From positions 2,957,800-3,021,799 of the forward strand of contig CBDFKX010000002.1 of assembly GCA_965249055.1 (NCBI GenBank): 64,000 bases of DNA, read 5' to 3'. Positions 45,686 through 55,804 of this stretch are shown here, one piece after another. Below the pieces are notes generated by a model, which worked only from the letters and a program-made list of their open reading frames with translations, had not been told where the DNA came from and did not search any database. The DNA comes from Candidatus Aldehydirespiratoraceae bacterium. Its GTDB lineage: Bacteria; Actinomycetota; Acidimicrobiia; Acidimicrobiales; Aldehydirespiratoraceae. The translations under genes were made by a program, and so were the position numbers. Each line of letters begins with the position of its first letter. Position 1 is the stretch's first letter.

Positions 45686-46705
45686 TCATCGCAGCGTACC
45701 CAGCGCGTCGCGCAGGATCGCAGGGTCGATCCCGGTGACCGGTTCGACCCCGCTGGGTCCGTCGAGCACCAATGTGACGCCTTCGATCGCTTTTTTGTCG
45801 CGGCTGAACAGGTTCAGCAATTTCTCGGTATCCAACCCTTCGGGTAACCCGCAAGGCAGGTCATAGCCGGCTAGCACCTGGTGATGCTCCATCACGCGCT
45901 CGTCGCCGATGCGTTCAAGGCGTCGTGCGACCTCGGCCGCGTAGGCGATACCGACGGCTACAGCCTCACCGTGACGCAAGTCGTATTGCCCCGCAGTTTC
46001 GATGGCATGGGCGAGCGTATGGCCATAGTTGAGAATCGCTCGTCTGCCTCCTTCCCGCTCGTCTACAGCTACAACATCGGCTTTGATCTGCACGCAGGCA
46101 GCCACAACTTCGGCATCCACTCTCACCTCCGGTGAACCCTTAGGTACAGCGGGAACCGGGCCGAGGAAGTGATATTTGGCGACTTCTCCCAAACCGCTGC
46201 GATATTCGCGAATCGGAAGCGTTGTCAACATCTCCGTGTCGCAAATTACCGCGGAGGGTTGCCAAAAAGCACCCACCAGGTTCTTACCTTCAACCAGGTT
46301 GACTCCTGTTTTTCCTCCGATAGCGGCATCAACCTGAGCCAACAGCGTGGTTGCCACGTTGATGAAACGAACACCGCGGTGATAAACCGCTGCTGCGAAT
46401 CCGCCAACGTCGGTGACGACGCCTCCACCAACTGCCACCACCACATCGGCGCGATTGAACCCGGCGACCGTCATCTTCCGACAGATGTCCTCGACGACGC
46501 TCATCGACTTCGCTGATTCTCCATCCGGAACCGTGATCGTTAGTCTCTTGAGGCCGGGATCGACTGTCCATGGGATTGACTCCTGGGTGATAACGGCAAC
46601 CTGTTTTGCGCCCGCTGGGATCAGGCCACCAAGAAGTCCGCGCATCCCGGACCCCACATGCACTGGGTAGCCGCGATCACGCAGTTCAACGTTGATTACC
46701 GGCAC
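45686..46705 (-). CDS. aroB: 3-dehydroquinate synthase
   Basis: 339 aa, VAVGGGVVTDVGGFAAA, GKNLVGAFWQP and LNYGHTLAHAIE. Confidence 0.9.
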   Translation of the reverse strand: MPVINVELRDRGYPVHVGSGMRGLLGGLIPAGAKQVAVITQESIPWTVDPGLKRLTITVPDGESAKSMSVVEDICRKMTVAGFNRADVVVAVGGGVVTDVGGFAAAVYHRGVRFINVATTLLAQVDAAIGGKTGVNLVEGKNLVGAFWQPSAVICDTEMLTTLPIREYRSGLGEVAKYHFLGPVPAVPKGSPEVRVDAEVVAACVQIKADVVAVDEREGGRRAILNYGHTLAHAIETAGQYDLRHGEAVAVGIAYAAEVARRLERIGDERVMEHHQVLAGYDLPCGLPEGLDTEKLLNLFSRDKKAIEGVTLVLDGPSGVEPVTGIDPAILRDALGTLR

Positions 46706-47232
46706 GGCGTCGGCCTCTTCTTCGCACGCGCCGCGGTGATCAGATCGACACAGTCCTCAACGGTCATATCGGAGGTGTCGATTCGGATGTCTGCGACCTC
46801 GTTGTACCGGTCGGCGCGCTTGGCGACGGTGGTTCGCAGTGCGCCCTCAACATCGTCGCCGGCCAACAATGGCCTTGTTGCGCCGTCGTCGACCCGACCG
46901 GTCAACACCTCCACCGAAGCATCGAGCCAGACAACCAGAGCACCGGATCGGCCCAACAGGTCCCGGTTGGACTCGATTGTGACCACACCACCTCCAGTGG
47001 ATATCACCGCAGGCCCCGCGACAAGCGCGCTTGACAAGGCATCGTGTTCAAGAGTTCGAAATCCAGATTCACCCTCGACCTCGAAGATCTCGGGAATTGT
47101 GAGTCCGCGAGCCGCCACGACCATCTCGTCGAGGTCGAGGTGGTTCATCTGCTCACGATCCGCCAGGGCGCGACCGACCGTCGACTTCCCCGATCCCATG
47201 GGACCAACCAGAACGACCGAATCCAACGACAT
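46696..47232 (-). CDS. aroK: shikimate kinase
   Basis: VLVGPMGSGKSTVG P-loop, 178 aa. Confidence 0.9.
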   Translation of the reverse strand: MSLDSVVLVGPMGSGKSTVGRALADREQMNHLDLDEMVVAARGLTIPEIFEVEGESGFRTLEHDALSSALVAGPAVISTGGGVVTIESNRDLLGRSGALVVWLDASVEVLTGRVDDGATRPLLAGDDVEGALRTTVAKRADRYNEVADIRIDTSDMTVEDCVDLITAARAKKRPTPCR

Positions 47233-47630
47233 GGCAGAAGGTTACCGGACCCGCTCCCCCACCCCGGGACGATTATGGCGCGCGTCCGTGTCGGGCCGCA
47301 TCGCTCTGGTGCGCAGTGTCAGATATACGGTGAGTTAGACACACAGGGCGGATTCATATGGTCGTCGCAACACCGGCTGCGGGAGCACGTCCAAGACCGG
47401 TTCGCTGGTGAGATCGAGCACCCCGTTGCCGGTGCCTTCAGCCAGGGGGTTACGGTCTGGTTCCTACACCACCCTCCAAACCACCCAAATTGACATAGGA
47501 GTTCACCTGCGCCCAAACCAACGGGGGACCTGCCTGAAGCGCCGGCTTCAATCGTTTAGCATGATTGCTTCAGGTCAGTGCACGCGCAGGTTGCGGGAAG
47601 TAGCGCAGATTGTGCGACTCGATTGTGAAG

Positions 47631-48389
47631 CTATTCATCACTGCGAGTGAGACGGCCATCTATTTTAGTCAAGTTGACGGTTCGCGGTGGGTCCAACAGC
47701 TCTTCCAGCTTGATCGATGCGGCACCTTCCGGATAGGGGTTGAAGGTGCGCGCCGCGGGGAAGGTGACCTCGTTGTCAGCATCCACATACCCCAAGAACT
47801 CGCCGCCGCGGAACACTTCGAAGACACCCGGTTCGTGGTCAGCGAAGATGGAGACCTCGTTGGAGTACAGCGGTGCAACGATGGTCTTGCCCGTGACTTC
47901 AGACTTCAGGGACCCCAAGTCGATGGGACTCAACAGGGCCAGCCCCACAGTGATTTCCTTCAGACCCTCGAAAGCCTTGTCCCTATAGAGGGAATGGGTG
48001 ACCCTGACCGACAGATGCACAGTCGAGATATCCGCCTCTGAATCGTCGAAATCATGTAGACGCCGGCTAGAAGCCTGACCCTCAGTCTGCGGCTCCCCTG
48101 ACCATGAATATCCTTTGCCGCCAGATACTTCTTGAACCGTGCCGACCACGAACAAATCCGACACCGGGTACGGGTCCTCCACACCGTCGATCACGAATAC
48201 CGTCAAAGGCGTGGTTTCGAGAGCCGACGCAAACGGGACCTCCACATAGGTGCTGCCCGCGTTCAACTCGACTATCTGATCGGACAGAGGAATGTCCGCT
48301 GATTCCTGTCCGCTGCCGCAAGCGCTTGCAGCGACAGCCAGCGCCACAATCGCCGACACCACCGAAAGAGCTTGCCGTCCTAATGTCAA
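47631..48389 (-). CDS. hypothetical lipoprotein
   Basis: A candidate TTG start gives MTLGRQALSVVSAIVALAVAASAC-GSG (lipobox ASAC). No family recognised. The start is uncertain; the track ORF runs to 48443. Confidence 0.5.
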   Translation of the reverse strand: MTLGRQALSVVSAIVALAVAASACGSGQESADIPLSDQIVELNAGSTYVEVPFASALETTPLTVFVIDGVEDPYPVSDLFVVGTVQEVSGGKGYSWSGEPQTEGQASSRRLHDFDDSEADISTVHLSVRVTHSLYRDKAFEGLKEITVGLALLSPIDLGSLKSEVTGKTIVAPLYSNEVSIFADHEPGVFEVFRGGEFLGYVDADNEVTFPAARTFNPYPEGAASIKLEELLDPPRTVNLTKIDGRLTRSDE

Positions 48390-48468
48390 AATGCACGTTC
48401 TCAGGCAGAAACGCGGAAGGAAACCGTTCAAGAAGTCCAGCATCGAGCTATCACCGCGGACAGCACAA

Positions 48469-49332
48469 CTAGTTGAGTTCGAACCACGTTGGCTGGTGGT
48501 CGGACCCGACCGCGTCGTCGTCGATCCACGCAGATTCGACCCTTGATGCCAGGCCCGGCGTCACGAATCCGTAGTCGAGCTTCAAGCCGACCTCGAACCC
48601 TCGACTCCCGTCATACCAGCTGATTCCCTCGTCGACGGAGTTGCCGGCTGCAGTCCACGTGTCCACGAGCCGGTCACCCGCGAGAGTACGGCCGTAGTAG
48701 TAGTCAGCCTCGCCGACGATGAGTGAATACTCGGTTGACGTTGGAGTCAGATTGAAGTCGCCCATCACCACGAACTCCGCTGGCGCTGGGCTCTCGCTGA
48801 TACCCATCCATTCGATTCCGGTGACCGACGCCCCGTCGAAGGGAACTCTAAACAGAAATGGCAGCAGATACTCGATCTCCGTCCGCCGCTGCCGGGAGTT
48901 GACGGAATCGAGATGGACTGAGTAGCACCGAAGCGGCCCGAACGGAGCGTCTATGATTGCTTCGAGCGCGCCCTGCTGTACGCCGATGGCATCGATGCTC
49001 CGCGTTCTCGGCAAGAGCAGATTCCGACACGCGAGGATCGGCCAGCGGGAGAGAATCATATTGCCAAACTGAAGTCGACGATGCTCGGTTGACCCGTTGA
49101 GAGTTCCCGTGCTCGCGTCGAGATCGACGTTGGGTCCGTACACCCAGTGATGCTGCGAAAGCAACTCCCCCAACCGGGCTGGTTGATCTTTGTCAGGAGG
49201 CGCGTCGAGGTTGCGCACGACTTCCTGCAGTGCGATCACGTCGGCGCTTCGTACCGAGGCCGCGGTCCTTTCGAGGTCGAAACGGCCGTCCCTGCCTTGT
49301 GAGTAGCGGATGTTGTACGACACGAACTTCAT
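48469..49332 (-). CDS. endonuclease/exonuclease/phosphatase (EEP) family protein
   Basis: MKFVSYNIRYSQG...ADVIALQEV...GDFNLTP...SDHQP catalytic blocks. Confidence 0.75.
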   Translation of the reverse strand: MKFVSYNIRYSQGRDGRFDLERTAASVRSADVIALQEVVRNLDAPPDKDQPARLGELLSQHHWVYGPNVDLDASTGTLNGSTEHRRLQFGNMILSRWPILACRNLLLPRTRSIDAIGVQQGALEAIIDAPFGPLRCYSVHLDSVNSRQRRTEIEYLLPFLFRVPFDGASVTGIEWMGISESPAPAEFVVMGDFNLTPTSTEYSLIVGEADYYYGRTLAGDRLVDTWTAAGNSVDEGISWYDGSRGFEVGLKLDYGFVTPGLASRVESAWIDDDAVGSDHQPTWFELN

Positions 49333-49407
49333 CGGGGCAACCTCCGGGGAGCGAGTTTAGTGGGACAGGCTAGATGATGGCCTCGGGTTGGGGGTAACGG
49401 AGTGAAC

Positions 49408-50493
49408 TCACCGCGCGACCTCCACTGATAAGCGAGGCTCACCGACGATCGACGACCCTTCCCGATCGGCGAGATGACATGCAGCCCAATGGTTGGGGGT
49501 GATCGCACGGAGTTCGGGTACCTCAGCACGACAGCGGTCGATAACCAAGGGGCAGCGGGTCGAGAAGACACACCCGGGCGGCGGCGCGGCAGGGCTCGGA
49601 ACCTCGCCCACGAGCGGTACACGGGTCCGATTGGCCTCGGCCACAGGATCCGGTACCGGAACCGCCGACAGCAACGCCTGCGTGTACGGGTGAAGCGTTG
49701 CCTCGAACAGAGGCTCGGTCGGGGCGATCTCGACGATGTGTCCGAGATACATCACCGCGACTCGGTCGGAGATGTGCTCCACCATCGAGAGGTCGTGGGC
49801 CACGAACAGGTAGGCGATTCCGAACTCGTCTTGAAGATCGGCGAAGAGGTTGATCGCCTGCGCTTGGATCGACACATCGAGCGCAGAGATGGGCTCGTCG
49901 CAGACGATCAGGTCGGGGCTGAGGGCGAGCGCCCGGGCGATGTTGATTCGCTGGCGCTGACCGCCGGAGAATTCGTGAGGGTAGCGGGTACGGTGAGCAG
50001 CACGGAGGCCGACCCGGTCGAGAAGCTCCAGCACCCGGTCGTTAACCTGTTGCGTTGTCATCTGCGTGTGGACCCTCATCGGCTCGCCGATGATGCGGCC
50101 GACGGTATGGCGGGGATTCAGCGACGCATAGGAGTCCTGGAAGATCATCTGCATCCGCGGTCGGAGTTTGCGCAGCTCCTTTTCGCCGAGGTTCGTGAGT
50201 TCGATGTCGCCCAGCCAAACCTGCCCGGAAGAAGGGCGATGGAGCTGGAGTACAGCCCTTCCGGTGGTGGATTTGCCGCACCCGCTCTCGCCGACCAGCC
50301 CAAGCGTTTCGCCCGCGAAGAGCTCGAAGCTCACGCCATCGACCGCCTTGATCGGTTTGTCACTCGACCTTCCCGGAAAATACTTCGTCATGTTCACGAC
50401 CCGAAGCACGGGCTCAGCAGAACCCCTGACCGTGGCCGACGCCGCCGACTCCGCGACGGGTTGGGCCGACTCAGCCGAGCCGGGCTCAGCCAT
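49408..50493 (-). CDS. peptide ABC transporter ATP-binding protein (OppF/DppF-like)
   Basis: Walker A GESGCGKST, signature SGGQRQR, Walker B LIVCDE and a C-terminal oligopeptide-type extension. I choose the start at MAEPGS (50493). Confidence 0.85.
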   Translation of the reverse strand: MAEPGSAESAQPVAESAASATVRGSAEPVLRVVNMTKYFPGRSSDKPIKAVDGVSFELFAGETLGLVGESGCGKSTTGRAVLQLHRPSSGQVWLGDIELTNLGEKELRKLRPRMQMIFQDSYASLNPRHTVGRIIGEPMRVHTQMTTQQVNDRVLELLDRVGLRAAHRTRYPHEFSGGQRQRINIARALALSPDLIVCDEPISALDVSIQAQAINLFADLQDEFGIAYLFVAHDLSMVEHISDRVAVMYLGHIVEIAPTEPLFEATLHPYTQALLSAVPVPDPVAEANRTRVPLVGEVPSPAAPPPGCVFSTRCPLVIDRCRAEVPELRAITPNHWAACHLADREGSSIVGEPRLSVEVAR

Positions 50494-51493
50494 GTCGTGG
50501 TACCCCCGCCTCGACGTCGTAGAAACAAGTGACGTGTCGACCATCGACCGGCTCGATCAGCGTCGGCATCTCGCTTCTGCATCGGTCGAACACATGGGGG
50601 CAGCGAGCCGCGAACGGGCAATGAGTCGGCTCTTCAGTGAGATCGGGCGGCAGACCGGGGATGCTGGTCAACCGATCAGCTCGGTCTCCCATCTTGGGCA
50701 GGGCATTCAGGAGCCCTATGGTGTACGGGTGAAATGGCCGCTGGTACAGGCTGGCCACATCGGATATCTCTACAAGCCGGCCAGCATACATAACCGCTAC
50801 TCGATCGGCCAGACCGGCAACGACGCCGAGATCGTGGGTGATCCAGATCAGGGCCAGCCCGAGTTCGTCGCGCAGATCCTGCATGAGTTCCACGATCTGG
50901 GCCTGTACCGTCACGTCGAGCGCCGTGGTTGGCTCATCGGCGATCAGCAGCTGGGGGTTGCACGCCACTGCGATGGCGATCATGACGCGCTGTCGCATCC
51001 CTCCCGAGAACTGGTGAGGGTAGGCATTGATGCGGCCGGCGGCGTCGGGTATCCCGACCCTCTCCAGCAGATCGATAGCGCGGTTGCGAGCCTGCCGTCT
51101 CGATAGACCGAGATGGGTGCGGATCATGTCGATGAGCTGGGTTGAGATCCGCACTGTTGGATTGAGGGAACTCATGGGGTCCTGGGCAATGAACCCGATC
51201 TCGGCCCCTCGAATCCGTCGCAGCCGGCGCTGAGACTCTTGCAGGAGGCTGACCCTTCCGTCCGCTGTCTCGAGGGTCGCTGTGCCGTTGGATATCCGCG
51301 CCGGCGGCTCGGCGAGCAGCCGCAGCAGGGCTAGCATCGTCACAGATTTTCCGCTTCCGCTTTCGCCCACGATGGCCAGCGTCTCACCCTTGGCGACCGA
51401 GAACGTGACGCCGTTCACCGCATGCACGGTGCCTTCCGGGATGTCGAACCTGACCTCGAGGTTCTTCACGTCGATCAGTGCCGGCTCGTTCAC
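50486..51493 (-). CDS. peptide ABC transporter ATP-binding protein (OppD/DppD-like)
   Basis: Walker A GESGSGKS, signature SGGMRQR and Walker B LLIADEPTTALD. GTG start at 51493 overlaps the permease stop (GTGA). Confidence 0.85.
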   Translation of the reverse strand: MNEPALIDVKNLEVRFDIPEGTVHAVNGVTFSVAKGETLAIVGESGSGKSVTMLALLRLLAEPPARISNGTATLETADGRVSLLQESQRRLRRIRGAEIGFIAQDPMSSLNPTVRISTQLIDMIRTHLGLSRRQARNRAIDLLERVGIPDAAGRINAYPHQFSGGMRQRVMIAIAVACNPQLLIADEPTTALDVTVQAQIVELMQDLRDELGLALIWITHDLGVVAGLADRVAVMYAGRLVEISDVASLYQRPFHPYTIGLLNALPKMGDRADRLTSIPGLPPDLTEEPTHCPFAARCPHVFDRCRSEMPTLIEPVDGRHVTCFYDVEAGVPRHG

Positions 51494-52449
51494 TGTTTCA
51501 CTCGTTGAGATCGGGGGTCGAGTGCGTCGCGCAACCAATCGCCGAGCAAGTTGAGCCCGAGTCCGGCAAAGACGATGGCGAACCCCGGCGCGAGCGAGAT
51601 CCACGGACGAATCGTCAGCACGCCTCGACCGGCGTTGATCATGTTGCCCCAGCTCGGCGTGCTGGGCGGCACCGAAAGACCGAGGAATCCGAGGCCGGCC
51701 TCGTAGAGGATCATGGCCGACATCTCGAACGTGGCCAGCGTGGCCAGCGGGCCGACGAGGTTGGGCAACAGGTGCAGCCGTAGGATCTGGCCCTCCGGTA
51801 CGCCGACGTTTCTCGCTGCCTCGATGAACGTGCTCTCCCGTAGCTTCAAGACCTCACCCCGCGTCACACGGGCAAACACCGGAATCGACGTGAAGCCGAA
51901 GATGAGAATCACGTTGAGCAGGCTTCGCCCAACGACGGCTGCGAAGAACACCACGAACAACAGGTAGGGCAGCGACAGGATCAGATTGATGAAACCGACG
52001 ATCATGGCGTCGATCTTGCCGCCTCGGTAGCCGGCGATCAGACCGATCGCCATACCCAACGTGATGGCGATTCCAACGCCACCGAGAGCCACACCAAGCG
52101 AGACTCGGGTTCCGAAGATGATGCGGCTGAGAATGTCGCGTCCGAGGGTGTCGGTGCCGATCAGGTAGTCGTTGGAGCCACCATCGGACCAGAACGGCGG
52201 GGTATTGGCATCGCTCAGTGTCTGCTGGAGAGGATCATGGGGAGCGATCCATGGCGCGAACGTGGCGAGGATGAGCAACATGACGAAGACGAAGGCACCG
52301 AACATGCCGCCCTTGGACCGGCGAAGTAGCCGCAGGGCATCGCGAGCCCGGGCCCGGAGCCGCAGATCCTTTTCGGTGTCGACTTGATGGTGGGTTTCAA
52401 TCTCCTCAGCAGAGAAATCCGCGCCTCTTGGAGTGGCGTGATCGGTCAT
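51490..52449 (-). CDS. ABC transporter permease (OppC/DppC-like)
   Basis: 319 aa, multi-TM, with the binding-protein-dependent transport EAA-type loop EAARNVGVPEGQILRLHLLPN. Confidence 0.85.
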   Translation of the reverse strand: MTDHATPRGADFSAEEIETHHQVDTEKDLRLRARARDALRLLRRSKGGMFGAFVFVMLLILATFAPWIAPHDPLQQTLSDANTPPFWSDGGSNDYLIGTDTLGRDILSRIIFGTRVSLGVALGGVGIAITLGMAIGLIAGYRGGKIDAMIVGFINLILSLPYLLFVVFFAAVVGRSLLNVILIFGFTSIPVFARVTRGEVLKLRESTFIEAARNVGVPEGQILRLHLLPNLVGPLATLATFEMSAMILYEAGLGFLGLSVPPSTPSWGNMINAGRGVLTIRPWISLAPGFAIVFAGLGLNLLGDWLRDALDPRSQRVKQ

Positions 52450-53480
52450 GTGATCCCCTCTCCGCGTGGCTTCGGTATCGCCGCAGACGCATCGTCCGCG
52501 GCTGATCTACGCCGACCGGTCCCCGTCTGTCCCAACGTTCCCACTCTGATCCGCGGGTCGGCGACTGTGTACAGCACATCAGAAACAAGCGAGAAGAGGA
52601 TGACGATGAGCGCACCGAAGAACGCTATGCCCTGTACGAGTTGGAAGTCGCGATTGCTCACGGCCTCGGCCAACAACCCTCCGGCGCCAGGCCACGCAAA
52701 AACAGCTTCGATATACAACGATCCACCCAGCAGCGCCCCGATCTGCAGGCTCATTACACTGATGAGAGGGATAAGCGCGTTGCGCAATATATAACGAATG
52801 TAGATGACTGGCGCTCTGAGGCCTTTGCTGCGAGCGATGCGCACGTACTCCTCATTGACGATCTCCAGCACCGACGATCTCGTGAACCGCAGAAACTGAG
52901 CCATCGGAAACAAGCCGAGAGCAACCGCCGGCAAGATTATCGACTTGTCAGGAATGGTGAGGAACCACATCGACATCGTGCTGCGCCCGAACGACGGCAA
53001 CCATCCAAACTTGACGGCGAACACCACGATGAAGACCAACGACAGCCAGAAATTCGGGATCGTCTGGCCGAGCAGGCCGAACCCGCGCGCCGCACCATCC
53101 CAGCGGCCGCCCGCCTTGACGCCGGCCAGAATTCCGAGCGGTACTCCGACCGCGACCGCGAAGGCCATCGCCACGACGCCGAGCTCGATCGTCGCCGGCA
53201 TCCGGTCGAAGATCACTTCTCGTACCGGGATCTTGTAACGAAGCGAGCTACCGAAGTCAAGGCGGGCCGAATCGCCCACGAAGTCGACAAACTGCTCAGC
53301 AACGGTCCGGTTCAAGCCGTGCGCCTCTCGTGCCGCTTCTCTTTGCTCCTGGGTTGCCTCCCGAGGAACGAGCAGGTTGGTCGGATCCCCTGACACCCTC
53401 AGCATCGAAAAGACGATCACCATCACGCCGAGCACCAGCAGCAGTGACTGACCTATGCGCCCGACCAAGTACTTAGTCAC
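52446..53480 (-). CDS. ABC transporter permease (OppB/DppB-like)
   Basis: GTG start giving MTKYLVGRIGQSLLLVLGV, preceded by GGGGGAAG. EAA loop YVRIARSKGLRAPVIYIRYILRNA. Confidence 0.85.
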   Translation of the reverse strand: MTKYLVGRIGQSLLLVLGVMVIVFSMLRVSGDPTNLLVPREATQEQREAAREAHGLNRTVAEQFVDFVGDSARLDFGSSLRYKIPVREVIFDRMPATIELGVVAMAFAVAVGVPLGILAGVKAGGRWDGAARGFGLLGQTIPNFWLSLVFIVVFAVKFGWLPSFGRSTMSMWFLTIPDKSIILPAVALGLFPMAQFLRFTRSSVLEIVNEEYVRIARSKGLRAPVIYIRYILRNALIPLISVMSLQIGALLGGSLYIEAVFAWPGAGGLLAEAVSNRDFQLVQGIAFFGALIVILFSLVSDVLYTVADPRIRVGTLGQTGTGRRRSAADDASAAIPKPRGEGIT

Positions 53481-53581
53481 CGACTTCCCCCTCTGCTCGT
53501 GCCCGCTCTTTCGATTGGCAAGGGCCGAGGCGTAGTGCCTCGGCCCTGCCAATCGACTATTAGCTCAGTGATCGGCGTCGA

Positions 53582-55294
53582 TCAGCCGGCCACGGCCAGG
53601 TCCCAAAGCCAGTACTCCTCGGCCGAGCGCGGCTTGTAGTTGGCGACCCGATCGCTGATTGCCTCGAACGAGAACGGCACGTAGAGATAGATGAACGGTG
53701 GGTCGTCGTACATCTGCTGCTGCAATTGCCGGTACAGATCCGCTCGGGCCTCGTCGTCGGGCGTCGCGAGTATCTGGACGAGGAAGTCATCAACCGTTGG
53801 GTCGGACCATGCTGAGTAGCTCGCATCGTTGCCGCCCATTGCTCCCTGCAGGCGATCCCATCCTTCAGGATTGGCGTTCGACCAGCTATCGCCGAAGAGC
53901 GGCGGCAGCTGCTTCTCTGACTCAAGGTCCCAGTATGCCCCGGACTCGATGATCTCAAGTGACGCGTTGACCCCTACGTCGCCGAGCTGCGCCGCGATGG
54001 CTTCGCACACCTGCGCGAAGTTGGTGTAGGCGCCCGATGGACACGCAAATCCAATATCGAACCCGTTGGCGAACCCAGCTTCGGTCAGCAGTTCCCGCGC
54101 CCGGTCAGGGTCGTAGGAATACGGTGTGAGCCCAGCGTTGTAGCCGAAATCTGCCGACGTCATGAGCCCAGTAGCTTGGCTGCCCTTGCCATTGAACAGA
54201 GCGCCGATGATGCCTTCGACGTCAACCGCATAGTTGAGGGCTTGGCGTACGAGAGGATCCGCTATTGGTGTGCCCACTCCGGAGGTGAGGTTATTGAATG
54301 CGATGTAGTACACGCGGTTGGTCGGGTACTCGATGACGTTGACCCCGTCGACACCCTCGAGCGATGCCGCTTCGTCGGGGCTGAGGCGGCTCACGATGTC
54401 GACTTCGCCTGTCTGGATCGCTGCAGCCCGCGTCGAGGACTCGGTGATCGGCCGGAAGATGAGCCGGTCAAGGTTGGGGTATCCCGTACGCCAGTAGTTC
54501 GGGTTCCGGTCCAACACAATGCGGTCGCCCTTGACCCATTCGGTCAGCATGAACGGACCGGTGCCTACCGGCGCCTGGCTGAAGCCCGTGAGCCCGACCT
54601 CGGTGTAATACTCAGGTGGGACAAAAGCCCACAAGGCAGCCGTGAGGCCGAGCAAAAGCGCATTGGGTTCCGGTGCGACGATTTCGACGGTGAATTCGTC
54701 GACCTTGTTCACCTCGGAGGCTCGCTCGTAGTAATTGAAGTACGCATTTTCCGGAGCTTTTTGCACCTCCCACGAGAACACCACGGAGTCCGCGTTGAAG
54801 GGTTCGCCGTTATGGAACACCACATCCTCACGCAACTTGAACGTGTACCTGAGGCCGTCGTCGGACACGGTCCACGACTCGGCAAGCGCCGGCTCAAACT
54901 CCAAGTCGTCATTTATCCACACCAACGGATCGAATATCTGCTGGGACACGTTTGATGCGTTGCGTTCGGCAGAATTCGCGTTATCGATTGCGTTCGGCTG
55001 CGTCGTGAGCGCGATTATCAACTCACCGCCGGCCGCGGGCTCCTGACCCTCTTCGGGCTCCTGACCCTCTTCGGGCTCCTGACCCTCTTCGGGCTCCTGA
55101 CCCTCTTCGGCCTCCTGACCCTCTTCGGGCTCCTGACCCTCTTCGGGCTCCTGACCCTCTTCGGGCTCCTCCTCGACCACGAGACTCGTGCCAGGACCAT
55201 CGCCGCTGTCGTCGCCACAAGCCGCAGCGATCAGAGCGAACACGCCCAGCAGCAACCACAATTTCCTCATTCTGGCTGTTCGTAGATATGTCAT
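53582..55294 (-). CDS. ABC transporter substrate-binding lipoprotein (family 5, peptide/nickel type) with acidic repeat linker
   Basis: ATG 55294 lies 7 nt after AGGAGG. Signal and lipobox LLLGVFALIAAAC, then a (PEEGQE)7 linker, then family-5 SBP blocks such as VVFHNGEPFNADSVVFSWE and DRNPNYW. Confidence 0.85.
   Translation of the reverse strand: MTYLRTARMRKLWLLLGVFALIAAACGDDSGDGPGTSLVVEEEPEEGQEPEEGQEPEEGQEAEEGQEPEEGQEPEEGQEPEEGQEPAAGGELIIALTTQPNAIDNANSAERNASNVSQQIFDPLVWINDDLEFEPALAESWTVSDDGLRYTFKLREDVVFHNGEPFNADSVVFSWEVQKAPENAYFNYYERASEVNKVDEFTVEIVAPEPNALLLGLTAALWAFVPPEYYTEVGLTGFSQAPVGTGPFMLTEWVKGDRIVLDRNPNYWRTGYPNLDRLIFRPITESSTRAAAIQTGEVDIVSRLSPDEAASLEGVDGVNVIEYPTNRVYYIAFNNLTSGVGTPIADPLVRQALNYAVDVEGIIGALFNGKGSQATGLMTSADFGYNAGLTPYSYDPDRARELLTEAGFANGFDIGFACPSGAYTNFAQVCEAIAAQLGDVGVNASLEIIESGAYWDLESEKQLPPLFGDSWSNANPEGWDRLQGAMGGNDASYSAWSDPTVDDFLVQILATPDDEARADLYRQLQQQMYDDPPFIYLYVPFSFEAISDRVANYKPRSAEEYWLWDLAVAG
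55040..55165. repeat. 18-bp tandem repeat x7 inside the SBP gene
   Basis: CTCCTGACCCTCTTCGGG x7, with one GGC variant. In frame, it encodes PEEGQE repeats. Confidence 0.9.
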
Positions 55295-55804
55295 AAATTC
55301 CCCTCCTAGGTAAATTGTCACCTTCACAGCCGGAGTCCTGAGGCTGGACCCTTCGCCGATGGCCGCGATATCGAATCAACGCGTATCATGCCGAATCGCC
55401 AGCCGGCGGTCTACACGATCTGAGCGCCCTCCCTCAAGAGTCTAGCGGTGATTCCGTACCATGAATCGTGGGATGCTGCGCTTCGGGCGCTGCCGCGTCG
55501 TGCTGTTCAACCCTCTGACCTTGGGAAACGCCGATCTCGCTCGGGTTGATCGTCACACACCTGTAATAATCTTTTCCGGATTCGGGCCGAATCCATTCCA
55601 CGGCCCAACAACTCCAACGCTCTAACCTTGGCGTTTGTTAATCCGCGCATACCCGACGAGGGCGGGGCTTGGTCGGTGCGCTTCGCGGCGCGAATTGCGC
55701 TCGATAACTGCTGACCTTGTGGTCTGAGACTAGCCGCAAGCCACTTGGGGGACGCTCGGACATCCACCGCGGCAGGGCATCCACGCCAGATATGTTCAAA
55801 CATC

